From Candidatus Eiseniibacteriota bacterium (GTDB taxonomy: Bacteria; Eisenbacteria; RBG-16-71-46; CAZAMP01): 64,000 bases of DNA. Made by a program: the position numbers and the translations under genes. Position 1 is the first letter of the stretch. Each line of letters begins with the position of its first letter. Location: positions 320,001 through 384,000 of the forward strand of contig OZ245046.1 in the NCBI GenBank assembly GCA_965224245.1. Reading direction: 5' to 3'. Positions 1-9,861 of the stretch are shown piece by piece. The notes beneath the pieces are model-generated. The model was not told where the DNA came from and did no database searches. It saw only the letters and a list, made by a program, of their open reading frames with translations.

Positions 1-84
1 GCAAAGACAGGACACTCATGTTGGCAACCGTCCTCGAAGAGGCCTTCCACCCACACACCCCGGGCCAGAGGCGCGTGGTCCATC

Positions 85-765
85 CAGTGGAGATCGTATC
101 GCAGGATGACCGTCGATGGCACGTGCAGCCGCTCAAGCCATCTCGCGCCGTCGGACTCGACGGCCACCTCGAGCCGCAGATCGAAGGGCTCGCCGTCCTG
201 CCGCTGGGTGATGGTGACCGAGAGCCCGTCGGCCGACTCCTGCCACGTGTGGGTGAGCACGGGCGCCCCGGTTCGATCCAGCCAGATCGGCGTCGGGAGC
301 CGCCTCGCGGAAGGTCGCGCGCACGTCGTCGAGCGTCATGATCCGTCCGGCGAACCGATCGATCAGCTCCCGCAGCGTGGCGAAGAAGCGATCGTCACCG
401 ATCCGGTGCCGGAGCATGTGGTAGACCCAGTGACCCTTGGCATCGGACAGCGTGTGATCGACGCGGCCCCCGGACTCCAGCGTGGAGAGCGGCTCGTCCG
501 CTCCTTCGCGGCAGAGCCCGACGTACCCGCGCGCGCACTGGCTGGCCACGTATCCGGGATGGGAGAAGCGCAGGGTCCATCGGTACCCACGGTGTTCCCC
601 CACCAGGCATGGGCCGCCTCGTGGGCGAACAGCGGGAGGTCGCCGCGGGGAACCGCGAGAAACCCCGGCTCACCATGATGAACCCCTGCTCGGAGAAGGC
701 GCCGAACGCGCCCTGATCGGCGGGGATCTCGGCGATCGCGTAGCTCGGCGGCGGCATCGCACCCC
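85..765 (-). pseudogene. Decayed M1-family (gluzincin) aminopeptidase fragment
   Basis: M1-like segments lie in different minus frames: SYAIAEIP..FSEQGFIMV | LFAHEAAHAWWGNTV (HEXXH) | DAKGHWVYHMLRHRIGDDRFFATLR | WLDRTGAPVL. Frame breaks near 665, 573 and 284. The N-terminus and the distal Zn-ligand Glu segment are missing. Confidence 0.75.
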
Positions 766-911
766 CGGGTCGAGCGGCGTCGGTCGACGGGGCGGGCGAC
801 ACGGACGACCGGAGCGGGTTCGATCGCCGGTCGGGAGTCAGGGGCGACGTCGATGGTATGATTCGGCGTGTCCACGACGTTCCCGCCGACCCCAACCCCG
901 GAGGCCCTGTC

Positions 912-3689
912 GTGAGACGAGCCACCATCGTGTCGTACGCCTCGTGTGCACTCGCGACGCTCCTCGTCTTCAGTGTCGTCTCGATCCGCTCGACGCCCCC
1001 CGGCGAGTCGAGGCTGCGGATACGATCCGCACGTGACGTCGTGGAGGAGCGGCTGGCCGCGAGGGGCACGACCGATGCGCCTCGGTCGCACCCGGATCTC
1101 GCGGGCGCCTTTCTGCGCGCGCAGCGCGTCACTCCCGACGGCGTGCTCCCGATGCAGGATCTATACGATCGCTTTCGCGAGATCCGTGCTCGCGAGTCGC
1201 GCGCGCGAGGCACGCTACCCGGCGGCATCCTCGGCTGGCAGTCGATCGGACCGGGCAACGTTGGAGGACGCACCCGCGCCATCGCGATCGATCCGACCGA
1301 TCCGGACCGGATGTTCGCCGCGGGCGTCGCCGGCGGCATCTGGCGATCCCACGACGCCGGGGCGAGCTGGATGCCGGTCGACGACCTGATGCTGAACCTC
1401 GCCGTGTGCACGCTCGCGATCGACCCGACGAACCCCGACGTCTTGTACGCCGGGACCGGTGAAGGCTTCGGCAACGGCATCTTTCTCGACGGCCTGGGCA
1501 TCTTCAAGTCGATCGACGGCGGCTTCTCGTTCGAGCAGCTGCCGGCCACCGCGCCCGCGGTCACCTCGGCGTTCTCGTACGTGAACGATCTCGTGATCAG
1601 TCCCAACGACCCGACCCGTCTGTACGCGGCGACGCGCCACGGCGTGTTCCGAAGCGAGGACGCCGGTGGCAGCTGGAACGTCGTCCTGGCCAATCCGTTC
1701 TACGATGGGACACCGCCCACCTCGAACGGCTGCACGCTCGGCTGCACGGACATCGCCGTACGCACCGACTCGGAGCCGGACGTGATCCTGGCGGCGTTCG
1801 GGAGTCAACAGGCCGACGGGCTCTTTCGCAGCGACGACGGTGGCGACTCGTGGGTCGCGTACTCGGTGCCGTCCTACCAGGGCCGGATGACGATCGCCAT
1901 CTCCCCGACCGACAACGATCGCATCTACCTCGGCATGGCCGACAACGGCGGGCTCGCGCAGTACGGTCGGCTCGTGGGAATCTTCCGGGCGGACGACGGC
2001 GTCAACTTCACCTACGTGCAGGATCCCGATCACAGGTTCACGCCCTGGCTGTTCAGCTACTCCTCGATCGCGCTGGGATGTCTGACCGGCTATCCGATCT
2101 ACTCGCAAGGATGGTACGACCAGGTCATCGCGGTGGATCCGGTCGACCCGGACCGGCTCTTCCTCGGCGGGATCGATCAGTTTCGAAGCGACGACGCCGG
2201 GGTCACCTTCGGCATGACCGGCTATCTGTTCTTTCGGGGCCAGGATCCTCCGTATCCGCACTACATCCACGTCGACCAGCACGCGATCGTCTTTCATCCC
2301 GGATACGACGGCATGGGGAACCAGACGATGTACGTCGGCAACGATGGCGGGCTGTGGCGAACCGACAACGCGCGCGCGGCCTCCACGGAGGAGGAGTGTC
2401 CGATCGCGGACGACCCCGGCCCGCCGCCCGCGGTCGAGTGGACGTCGCTGAACAACGGCTACGCCGTCACGCAGTTCTATCACGGGTCCGTCGCGCGGGG
2501 GGCGGACGTCTATATCGGGGGCGCACAGGACAACGGCTCGAGCCGCGTGCGATCCACGGCGACGCCCGACGACTGGGAGGAGATCTTCGGCGGCGACGGT
2601 GGCTACACGGCGATCGATCCCACCGACGCCGACGTCATGTACGTCGAGATCCAGGGGTTTCCGACGATCGAGAAGTCCATCGACGGGGGCGAGACGTTCA
2701 CGCCGGCCGTGAACGGGATCACCGACACGGACGGACTGTTCATCACACCGTTCGCGATGGACCCGAACGATCCCGACGTTCTCTGGACCGGAGGTCAGCG
2801 GCCGTGGCGGACGACCGACGGCGCCGCGCTGTGGCGGGTCGCGGGGCCGAACTTCGGGGCGACCAGCCAGATGTCGGCCATCGGCATCTCGCCACTGGAC
2901 GGCAACATCGTGTACGTCGGGTTCGCCAACGGATACGTCATGCGAACCACCGACGGGCTCTCCGAGTCACCGTCGTGGAGCCTCGTGTCGAGTGGACTTC
3001 CCATCGGAGCGTGGGTCAGCAGCGTGGCGGTGGACCCGCTGGATCCGGACGTCGCATACGCCACGTACAGCTCCTCGGGCGTTCCTCACATCCATCGAAC
3101 CGAGGACGGCGGTGCCTCGTGGACCGGGATCGACGGGATCGCCGAGTCGGGCGTTCCCGACATCCCCGTGCACTGGCTCGCGGTGCGGCCCAACTTCCGA
3201 TCGACGCTCTACGCAGGGACGGAGTTCGGCGTGTTCGCGAGCGAGGACACCGGCACCACGTGGCAGCCGGCCAACCAGGGACTTGCGCACACCGTGGTCG
3301 AGGCCCTCGCGTTTCGGGACGAGAACACGCTGGTCGCGTTCTCGTTCGGTCGCGGCGCGTTCGTGACGTCGCTGGATCCCGTGGTGGCGGTCCCCCCGGC
3401 CGACGTCGCGCGTCTGGAACCGGTTCTCTCGGTCGGAGGGACGCCGGTGCTGGGTGGCGCGACGCTACGCGTGGACGTCGCTCGGGACGCCGACGCCACG
3501 GTCTCGTTGCACGACGTGAGGGGCCGGCGGGTGGCCGTCGTCCACGACGGAGCCCTGGAACGCGGCCGGACCGAGCTTCGCTGGGATGGACGCACGAGCT
3601 CGGGCGAGGCCGCCGCCGCCGGCACGTATCTGGTGCGCCTCGAGATCGAAGGGCGGGTGCTCACCGAGAAGCTCGTGCTGCTGCGGTAG
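912..3689 (+). CDS. Secreted BNR/Asp-box (VPS10/sialidase-like) beta-propeller protein with C-terminal FlgD-Ig/T9SS-like domain
   Basis: GTG start with GGAGG upstream and an N-terminal hydrophobic segment. WQSIGPGNVGGRTRAIAIDP, many SxDGGxSW Asp-boxes, GGAQDNG. Ends DVRGRRV..WDGR..AGTYLVRL..KLVLLR. Confidence 0.85.
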   Translation: MRRATIVSYASCALATLLVFSVVSIRSTPPGESRLRIRSARDVVEERLAARGTTDAPRSHPDLAGAFLRAQRVTPDGVLPMQDLYDRFREIRARESRARGTLPGGILGWQSIGPGNVGGRTRAIAIDPTDPDRMFAAGVAGGIWRSHDAGASWMPVDDLMLNLAVCTLAIDPTNPDVLYAGTGEGFGNGIFLDGLGIFKSIDGGFSFEQLPATAPAVTSAFSYVNDLVISPNDPTRLYAATRHGVFRSEDAGGSWNVVLANPFYDGTPPTSNGCTLGCTDIAVRTDSEPDVILAAFGSQQADGLFRSDDGGDSWVAYSVPSYQGRMTIAISPTDNDRIYLGMADNGGLAQYGRLVGIFRADDGVNFTYVQDPDHRFTPWLFSYSSIALGCLTGYPIYSQGWYDQVIAVDPVDPDRLFLGGIDQFRSDDAGVTFGMTGYLFFRGQDPPYPHYIHVDQHAIVFHPGYDGMGNQTMYVGNDGGLWRTDNARAASTEEECPIADDPGPPPAVEWTSLNNGYAVTQFYHGSVARGADVYIGGAQDNGSSRVRSTATPDDWEEIFGGDGGYTAIDPTDADVMYVEIQGFPTIEKSIDGGETFTPAVNGITDTDGLFITPFAMDPNDPDVLWTGGQRPWRTTDGAALWRVAGPNFGATSQMSAIGISPLDGNIVYVGFANGYVMRTTDGLSESPSWSLVSSGLPIGAWVSSVAVDPLDPDVAYATYSSSGVPHIHRTEDGGASWTGIDGIAESGVPDIPVHWLAVRPNFRSTLYAGTEFGVFASEDTGTTWQPANQGLAHTVVEALAFRDENTLVAFSFGRGAFVTSLDPVVAVPPADVARLEPVLSVGGTPVLGGATLRVDVARDADATVSLHDVRGRRVAVVHDGALERGRTELRWDGRTSSGEAAAAGTYLVRLEIEGRVLTEKLVLLR

Positions 3690-3713
3690 CTCGCCGCCGA
3701 CCGAGAGCGCTGA

Positions 3714-4139
3714 TCAGCCGTTGATCAACCGGGCGACGATTCCATCGCCATCGGGCCCGCTGCTCGCGTCGTTGCCGTACGCCTCGATCACGTAGACACC
3801 GGAGAGCCCGTCGAACGTGTATCCGACGTTGCCCCGGGAGAACGTGCCCGTGGGTCCGATCGTGATGTGGGCGCCGGTGAACGGATTCTCCGGGAAGATG
3901 TTGCCGCCGAAGATCTCGGGATAGAACTCGGTGGCATCCGCGGGATACCGGGAGTGGGCGATCTGGAACATCTCGGTCGCCATCTGGACCGTGTGAGCGA
4001 CCGCTTGCACGCGACTCTCGCGGGCTCTCACCACGTTCTTCTGGTAGGTGAACATGGCGATGAGAGCGAGTATGCCCAGGATGCTGACCGCCACGGTCAG
4101 CTCCAGGATCGTGAATCCGCGACGACCTCGCTGGAGCAT
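3714..4139 (-). CDS. Type IV pilin / pseudopilin-like protein
   Basis: AAGGAG RBS; class III signal RRG|FTILEL followed by a hydrophobic helix; NPFTG motif; 141 aa. Confidence 0.85.
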   Translation of the reverse strand: MLQRGRRGFTILELTVAVSILGILALIAMFTYQKNVVRARESRVQAVAHTVQMATEMFQIAHSRYPADATEFYPEIFGGNIFPENPFTGAHITIGPTGTFSRGNVGYTFDGLSGVYVIEAYGNDASSGPDGDGIVARLING

Positions 4140-4265
4140 ATGATGGTTCTCCTTCCCCAACGATTGATCGACCGCGGCCCGTGGTTCTTCACCCGCAGTG
4201 TCGCCCGCGATACGGGCCCGGGCGGTGCACCGGACGGCGGCGCCGGGGTCAAGACGGCTCGATGG

Positions 4266-4296
4266 CCATAATTCGTTTATTGGGAACGAGTTATGG
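4266..4296. promoter_or_regulatory. AT-rich dyad (12-bp arms, 7-bp spacer), possible IHF-like or transcription-factor site
   Basis: ccataattcgtt-tattggg-aacgagttatgg, one mismatch between arms, in the divergent region upstream of the pilin gene. Confidence 0.55.
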
Positions 4297-4509
4297 AATT
4301 GACCGTGCGCGGTCGAGGGCGGGCGCATCCCTCGCCCGCGGCATCGCCACCGAATTTGATGCAGCCGCATCATGGCGGCGGTTCCGTGTTTCCCCGACGA
4401 TGACTGGACGCTCGCCCCGACGGCGTTGCCCCCGCGCGTTCCAGCCACTGGACTGCCCCGGGACCGCCGGCGTGGGTGACCACGGGTTCGTCGAGGGATT
4501 GGAGTCGGA

Positions 4510-5043
4510 ATGGCCGAGCACACCCGACACTCGATCGACGCGAACCGGCGGCCGGATGCCGACGCCGCCGGGAAACACATCGGAACGCATCCGCCCCCGC
4601 ACCGGCGGGTGTTTGCAATCTCGGCGGCCATCCTCGTCCTGGCCGGCGCGATCCTCGTGATCGGGGTGATCCCGGCCGTCGAGACCGACACGTACCCGAG
4701 GGCCGATCCGGTGAGGGCGGCGCGCGCCTTCCAGGTGAACGTCGGGATCAGCCTGCTGGCCGCGGTGGCCCTCCTCCTCGGGGGAGTGCCGCTGATGCGG
4801 AAGGGACGGGGGGGACGGTCGCTTCTCACCCTGCTCGGGGTCGTCGTTCTCGTGGCCGGACTCGCGCTCGTCGACGCGACCGGTGCCTTCGGATCTCACG
4901 GGCCGCACATGCGCGTCGCCAGGGTGTTCATGGGACTCGGAGCCGCCGCGGAGCTCTCGGCGGGCGTCCTGACCTGCGTGGCCGCACTGCGATCCACCGA
5001 GAAACCTTCGACCGGCACGCTGCAGAGCGATTCGACGGGATAG
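4510..5043 (+). CDS. Hypothetical integral membrane protein (about 4 TM helices)
   Basis: GGAG RBS; four hydrophobic stretches; 177 aa. Confidence 0.65.
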   Translation: MAEHTRHSIDANRRPDADAAGKHIGTHPPPHRRVFAISAAILVLAGAILVIGVIPAVETDTYPRADPVRAARAFQVNVGISLLAAVALLLGGVPLMRKGRGGRSLLTLLGVVVLVAGLALVDATGAFGSHGPHMRVARVFMGLGAAAELSAGVLTCVAALRSTEKPSTGTLQSDSTG

Positions 5044-5190
5044 CACCCGAGGCCGCAGCACCACGCCGAACGCGCGGCTCCATCGCGATCCGACGTTGGG
5101 CGTCCGCGGGCACGTGAGGTAAGCTCGTGCTTCAACGACCTCGATCTCCTCACTGCGTGTGCCGCTACGGCCCGCTGGATCCACGACGGC

Positions 5191-7464
5191 ATGGACGTTC
5201 CCTCGCGCATCGCGCACTACCGTGTGGAAGAGAAGCTCGGCCAGGGGGCCATGGGTGTCGTGTTTCGAGCATTCGACACCCGCCTCGAGCGTCCCGTCGC
5301 ATTGAAGCTCATCGCCGATGGGGACGACTCACCGGCCGGGCGCGCGCGAACGCTGCGGGAGGCCAGAGCCTCGTCCGCGCTGAACCATCCCAACATCTGC
5401 ACGGTGTACGACGCGGCCGAGGAAGGTGCGGTCGCATTCATCGTGCTCGAGCTCGTGGACGGCGAGTCACTATCGAGCCTCGTGAGGCGGCGGCGCTTCG
5501 ACGCGGCGGAGGTGCTCGCGATCGGGCGGCAGATAGCCGATGCGCTCGCCCATGCCCACGCTCGCGGTGTGGTTCACCGGGACCTCAAGTGCGGAAACGT
5601 GGTTCTGACCTCCGACGGAAAGCCCAAGGTCCTCGACTTCGGCCTCGCGGCCGTCACCCCCGAGGTCGCGACCGCGGACGGCGAGACCGTCTCGCTGCGC
5701 ACCTCCAGCACGGCGGGGATGATCGTCGGTACCCTGCCCTACATGTCCCCGGAGGTGCTGCGGGGCAACCGCGCGGATGCGTTCGCCGATCTGTGGGCGC
5801 TCGGCGTGATGATCTTCGAGATGACGACGGGGCGGCTGCCGTTCACCGGCCGTACGCCCTTCGAGGTGAGCGCGGAGATCCTGAGCGGCCGGATTCCGGA
5901 GGCTCACCCCGACACTCCCTCGGGGCTGCGGGATCTGGTCCACCGGGCGCTCGCGCTCGAGCAGGCTCGGCGGTTTCCGGACGCCGAGTCCTTCCGCGAC
6001 GCCATCGGCGCACTCGTCAACTCCGGCGAGGAGCACGCATCCGACGCACGGCCGACGCGCGTGCGATCGCTGGCCGTTCTGCCGCTGCAGAATCTCTCGA
6101 ACGATCCCGGTGAGGAGTACTTCGCCGACGGCATGACCGAGGCCATCACCACGGCTCTCGCATCGGTGCGCGATCTGCGCGTCGTGTCGCGAACGTCGGC
6201 CATCCGGTTCAAGGACGTGTCGCGGCCGCTCCCGGACATCGCCCGCGCGCTCCGGGTGGACGCGATCGTCGAGGGCGCGGTCCTTCGCTCGGAGAGCCGC
6301 GTGCGCGTGAGCGTCCGGCTGATTCACGCCGACGCCGACGAGCTGGTCTGGGCGGGCTCCTACGACCGGGAGCTGCGCGACGTCCTCACGCTTCAGCTCG
6401 AGGTGTCGCGCGCCGTCGTGAACGAGATCGAGGTGGCCGTGAGCGCCGAGGAGCGCGCGCGACTGGACGCGGCCGAGGCGATCGATCCCGAGGCCTACGA
6501 GGCGTACATGCGGGGTCGACACGCGCTCGGCGTGCGCACATCCGCGAGCCTGGTGCGTGCGATCGGTCACTTCGAGTCCGCGATCGACCGGGCGCCGGGC
6601 TTCGCGCCGGCGCTCGCGTCCCTGGCGGAGTGCCACAACGTCCTGGGCTTTCAGGGGGGGCGCCCTCCACGGGACTCGTATCGGCCGGCCGGGGTGCTGG
6701 CGCGCCGGGCGCTGGAGCTCGCGCCCGATCTGGCCCCGGCGTACGTCTCGCTCGGCTACACGGCCCTCCATCACGATCAGCGGTGGCAGGAGTCCCAGGA
6801 CGCGTTCCGGCAGGGCCTTCGGCTCGATCCCGGAAGCGCGACGGGCCACCACTGGTATGCCCTGTTCCACGCCAGCGTCGGTCACCACGAGCTCGCGGTG
6901 ACCACGATGGCGTCGGCTCGCGATCTCGATCCGCTCTCGTCGATCATCGGAACCGCGATGGGCCTCGTGCTCCAGTTCGCCTGCCGGTTCGACGAGGCGA
7001 TCGAGGAGTTCGAGCGGGTCCTGAGCGAGGACCCGGGCTTCTGGGCGGCGGTGGTCTGGCGGGCGATGACGCTGACCTACGCCGGTGAGCCGAAGGACGC
7101 GATGAAGACGCTCCTGCCCGTGCTCGAGACGTTCGGTCGATCCCCGGTCGTGGTCGCCGCGCTGGGCGAGGCGGCGGCGCGCGCGGGGGACGACGCGACC
7201 GCGCGATCGGCGCTGGCGGAGCTCCGGGGACCGTCCCGCGACCACTACGTGCGGCCGTACGATCGGGCGAAGGTGCTCATCGCGCTCGGCGAGCCCGACG
7301 CGGCGCTGGCCGAGCTCGAGCTGGCGCTGGCCGAGGGCGGAAACTGGCTCAACTACCTTCGCGTGGATCGGGCCATGGACGCGCTGCGGGATGACGACCG
7401 GTTTTGTCGCCTTCTCGCCGACGTGTACCGGACGGCACCGGACGCCGGGCCGGACCCCCGCTAG
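5191..7464 (+). CDS. Ser/Thr protein kinase with TolB-N-like domain and TPR repeats (cytoplasmic)
   Basis: LGQGAMGVV, VALK, HRDLKCGN, DFG, YMSPE; SLAVLPLQNLS..EEYFADGMTE (TolB-N-like); TPR helices; no TM segment. Confidence 0.92.
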   Translation: MDVPSRIAHYRVEEKLGQGAMGVVFRAFDTRLERPVALKLIADGDDSPAGRARTLREARASSALNHPNICTVYDAAEEGAVAFIVLELVDGESLSSLVRRRRFDAAEVLAIGRQIADALAHAHARGVVHRDLKCGNVVLTSDGKPKVLDFGLAAVTPEVATADGETVSLRTSSTAGMIVGTLPYMSPEVLRGNRADAFADLWALGVMIFEMTTGRLPFTGRTPFEVSAEILSGRIPEAHPDTPSGLRDLVHRALALEQARRFPDAESFRDAIGALVNSGEEHASDARPTRVRSLAVLPLQNLSNDPGEEYFADGMTEAITTALASVRDLRVVSRTSAIRFKDVSRPLPDIARALRVDAIVEGAVLRSESRVRVSVRLIHADADELVWAGSYDRELRDVLTLQLEVSRAVVNEIEVAVSAEERARLDAAEAIDPEAYEAYMRGRHALGVRTSASLVRAIGHFESAIDRAPGFAPALASLAECHNVLGFQGGRPPRDSYRPAGVLARRALELAPDLAPAYVSLGYTALHHDQRWQESQDAFRQGLRLDPGSATGHHWYALFHASVGHHELAVTTMASARDLDPLSSIIGTAMGLVLQFACRFDEAIEEFERVLSEDPGFWAAVVWRAMTLTYAGEPKDAMKTLLPVLETFGRSPVVVAALGEAAARAGDDATARSALAELRGPSRDHYVRPYDRAKVLIALGEPDAALAELELALAEGGNWLNYLRVDRAMDALRDDDRFCRLLADVYRTAPDAGPDPR

Positions 7465-7627
7465 AGCGCCGCGTGCCTTTGGCCCTCGAAGTCCCTGCCC
7501 GGCTGTTGGTTACAGCTTCATTGCGCTTCCGCGCCCCGGAATTCGAACTGTACGGCGGAGGACCGAAAGCCGGAGATCGGACCCACTCCGATCTCTCGAC
7601 GAGAGTCACAACGCCAAGGAGCACTTG

Positions 7628-8149
7628 ATGAAGTCCCAGATCATCCGTCTGGCGATGCTGATCGCCACCATCATCACCGTCTCGACCGCCACCGCGACGG
7701 CCGAGGTTTCCCAGGTCCCGGTGGTTCGACTCGAGGCCTCGCTCGCCATCGATGCGTCCCCCGCCGACGTGTGGTCGCACATGGTCTCCGGGTCGAACAT
7801 CGGCTGGTGTCCGTACTGGAAAGTCGCCGCGAACGACGGGCACGCCGACCTGGCGCGGGTCGGGGACGTGCTCGACTTCGTCGACGACTGGGGCGGTGGT
7901 GGCCAGTCCATCGTGACGTACTTCGAACCCGGCAAGGAGCTCCGGATCGCGCACGAGCCGCGAGACGGGTCCTACGTCTGTCAGTCCAAGCTCATTCTGA
8001 GCGCGACCGGGACCGGAACCACGATCCACTACGTCGAGCAGTACACCGACGAGAGCGACGCGGCGACGCTGGCCGACACCGCCGGTAAGATGCAGACTCA
8101 GATGGAGTCGACGCTGGCGGCGATTCGCAAGGGCGTCGAGGCGCACTGA
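7628..8149 (+). CDS. Secreted SRPBCC (START/polyketide cyclase-like) protein
   Basis: AAGGAG RBS; signal peptide MKSQIIRLAMLIATIITVSTATATA; IDASPADVW; C-terminal helix LAAIRKGVE. Confidence 0.8.
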   Translation: MKSQIIRLAMLIATIITVSTATATAEVSQVPVVRLEASLAIDASPADVWSHMVSGSNIGWCPYWKVAANDGHADLARVGDVLDFVDDWGGGGQSIVTYFEPGKELRIAHEPRDGSYVCQSKLILSATGTGTTIHYVEQYTDESDAATLADTAGKMQTQMESTLAAIRKGVEAH

Positions 8150-8184
8150 GCCCGGCGATCACCCGATGCCGCTGCCCATCGCAC

Positions 8185-8229
8185 GCGTGTGACGGTTCGT
8201 CGCGACGGTCGCGATGGACCGTCACGCGC
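8185..8229 (+). terminator. GC-rich hairpin without U-tract downstream of the SRPBCC gene
   Basis: gtgacggttcgtcgcga..tcgcgatggaccgtcac inverted repeat with G-U pairs. Confidence 0.45.
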
Positions 8230-8422
8230 CCTTCCGTGTTCCTCCGTGTCCCTTCCTGCCCGCCGCCGATGCGCCGAGGCCAGACCGGGGCCGCGACCAG
8301 CCCCCGGCTCCATCCACCCGCCCACGGCCCCGGGCCGCGGGTTGCATCGCCCGGTGCCCCGAGTCCGCGGCCTCGCGGACGCCGTGGTACCATTACGTGA
8401 ACGCAGCTCATCAGGAGTGACC

Positions 8423-9760
8423 ATGCGGACGCTGACCCTCGCCGTCTCGATCGCACTGTCTATCCCCCGACCGGGCCTCGCCGCCACGTACACGATCCGC
8501 CCCGATGGAACCGGAGACTATCCCACGATCCAGGACGCGCTGGACGTCGCGATCGACGGCGACGTCGTCGAGCTCACCGACGGTCTGTTCGAAGGGGACG
8601 GGAACCGGGATCTGGATCCGCGCGGCGTCGCGGTCACGATTCGCTCGGTCTCCGGCCACGCATCGGCCTGTGTGATCTACCCCGCGAACGCCGGACGCGG
8701 ATTCCTCTTCGACGACGGCGAGGGGCCCGGCACGCGCGTGGAGCGCGTCACGATCTTCGACGGGTTCGCCAGCCGAATCGGTGGCGGCGTGCTCTGTGAC
8801 GGCGCCTCGCCGACGTTCGTCGGGGTTCGCATCGAGAGCTGCCTGGCATCGGCGCCGAGCAAGAGCACGGCGGGAGTCGGCGGCGCGATCGCCTGCATCA
8901 ACGGCTCGGGCCTCGACTTCAGCGACGGCGAGATCGTGGACAACATCGCACAGGCAACGTGGTCGGCGGACGGGGGCGGCATCTACGCCGATGCCTCGTC
9001 GTCGGTTCGTCTCGTGGACGTCGTCCTTCGCGACAATCGCACCAACACGAGCGACGTCTTCGGGGGAACGGGTGGAGCGTTCCTCCTCGGCCCGGCGGAG
9101 CTCGAGCGCGTCGTCGTCGAGAACAACTACGCGCGTGGGCTCTATCTCGGCGGACCGGCGTCGGTCGCATCGTGTGTCATCCGGGGAAATCCCGGGGGCG
9201 AGGGATCGGCGAGCGCCGTGGCAACCGGGTCCGACGAGGTCACGTTCGTCGACTGCCTCGTCTCGGACAACTCGGGACTCGGCTCCGCCACGGTCTCCGT
9301 CGGGGGGGTCGCTCACTTCGTGGCATGCACGATCGCGTCAAACGGAGACACGTACGTGTGGCGCGGCGGTGGAGGGCTGTTCGTCCGCGACGGCGGGGAC
9401 GTGACCCTGCATCGGACGATCGTCTGGGGCAACTGTGCGCCCGGATACGCCGACGACGTCCACGTCGAGCCCGAAGGTGCCCTGTCGGCGACGTGCTCGG
9501 TGCTCGACCCGGACAGGATCGTGGCGCTCGGGACGCTGGAGCTCGCGTCCGACGTCTTCGCCGCCGATCCACTCTTCTGCGGGCCGAGCGCGTGCGACGT
9601 GCGCGAGCCCTACGGCGACTTCTCCCTGGCCGGGGACTCTCCGTGCCGAGCCGAGGCGAGCCCCTGCGGCGAGCGTATCGGGGCGCTGCCCGTCGAGTGC
9701 GGGAGCTCGACGGCGACCCGTCGGACGTCCTGGTCGGGGCTGAGAGATGGCTTCCGCTGA
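8423..9760 (+). CDS. Secreted right-handed parallel beta-helix protein with C-terminal W-motif tail
   Basis: AGGAG RBS; signal peptide; TIRPDGTGDYPTIQDA; GGG(I/V)xC repeats; DPLFC..SPC..CG.IGA cap; tail TATRRTSWSGLRDGFR. Confidence 0.85.
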   Translation: MRTLTLAVSIALSIPRPGLAATYTIRPDGTGDYPTIQDALDVAIDGDVVELTDGLFEGDGNRDLDPRGVAVTIRSVSGHASACVIYPANAGRGFLFDDGEGPGTRVERVTIFDGFASRIGGGVLCDGASPTFVGVRIESCLASAPSKSTAGVGGAIACINGSGLDFSDGEIVDNIAQATWSADGGGIYADASSSVRLVDVVLRDNRTNTSDVFGGTGGAFLLGPAELERVVVENNYARGLYLGGPASVASCVIRGNPGGEGSASAVATGSDEVTFVDCLVSDNSGLGSATVSVGGVAHFVACTIASNGDTYVWRGGGGLFVRDGGDVTLHRTIVWGNCAPGYADDVHVEPEGALSATCSVLDPDRIVALGTLELASDVFAADPLFCGPSACDVREPYGDFSLAGDSPCRAEASPCGERIGALPVECGSSTATRRTSWSGLRDGFR

Positions 9761-9861
9761 CGCGCGGGCCCGCCGCGCACTCCCAGATGCGGATCGTCGA
9801 CGATGTAGGTCTTGAAGCCCGAACACCGTGGTCGGGAGAACCGTCGTTCCCCGATCCCTCG

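Noticed and set aside
5575-5598. HRDLKCGN catalytic-loop variant suggesting a pseudokinase
   Set aside because: Catalytic Asp, Lys and Asn, plus VALK, DFG and SPE, are all retained.
8959-9861. Apparent 300-aa N-terminal extension of the 1551-aa ORF
   Set aside because: It overlaps the 8423-9760 gene out of frame and is Arg-rich; the signal peptide begins near 9862.
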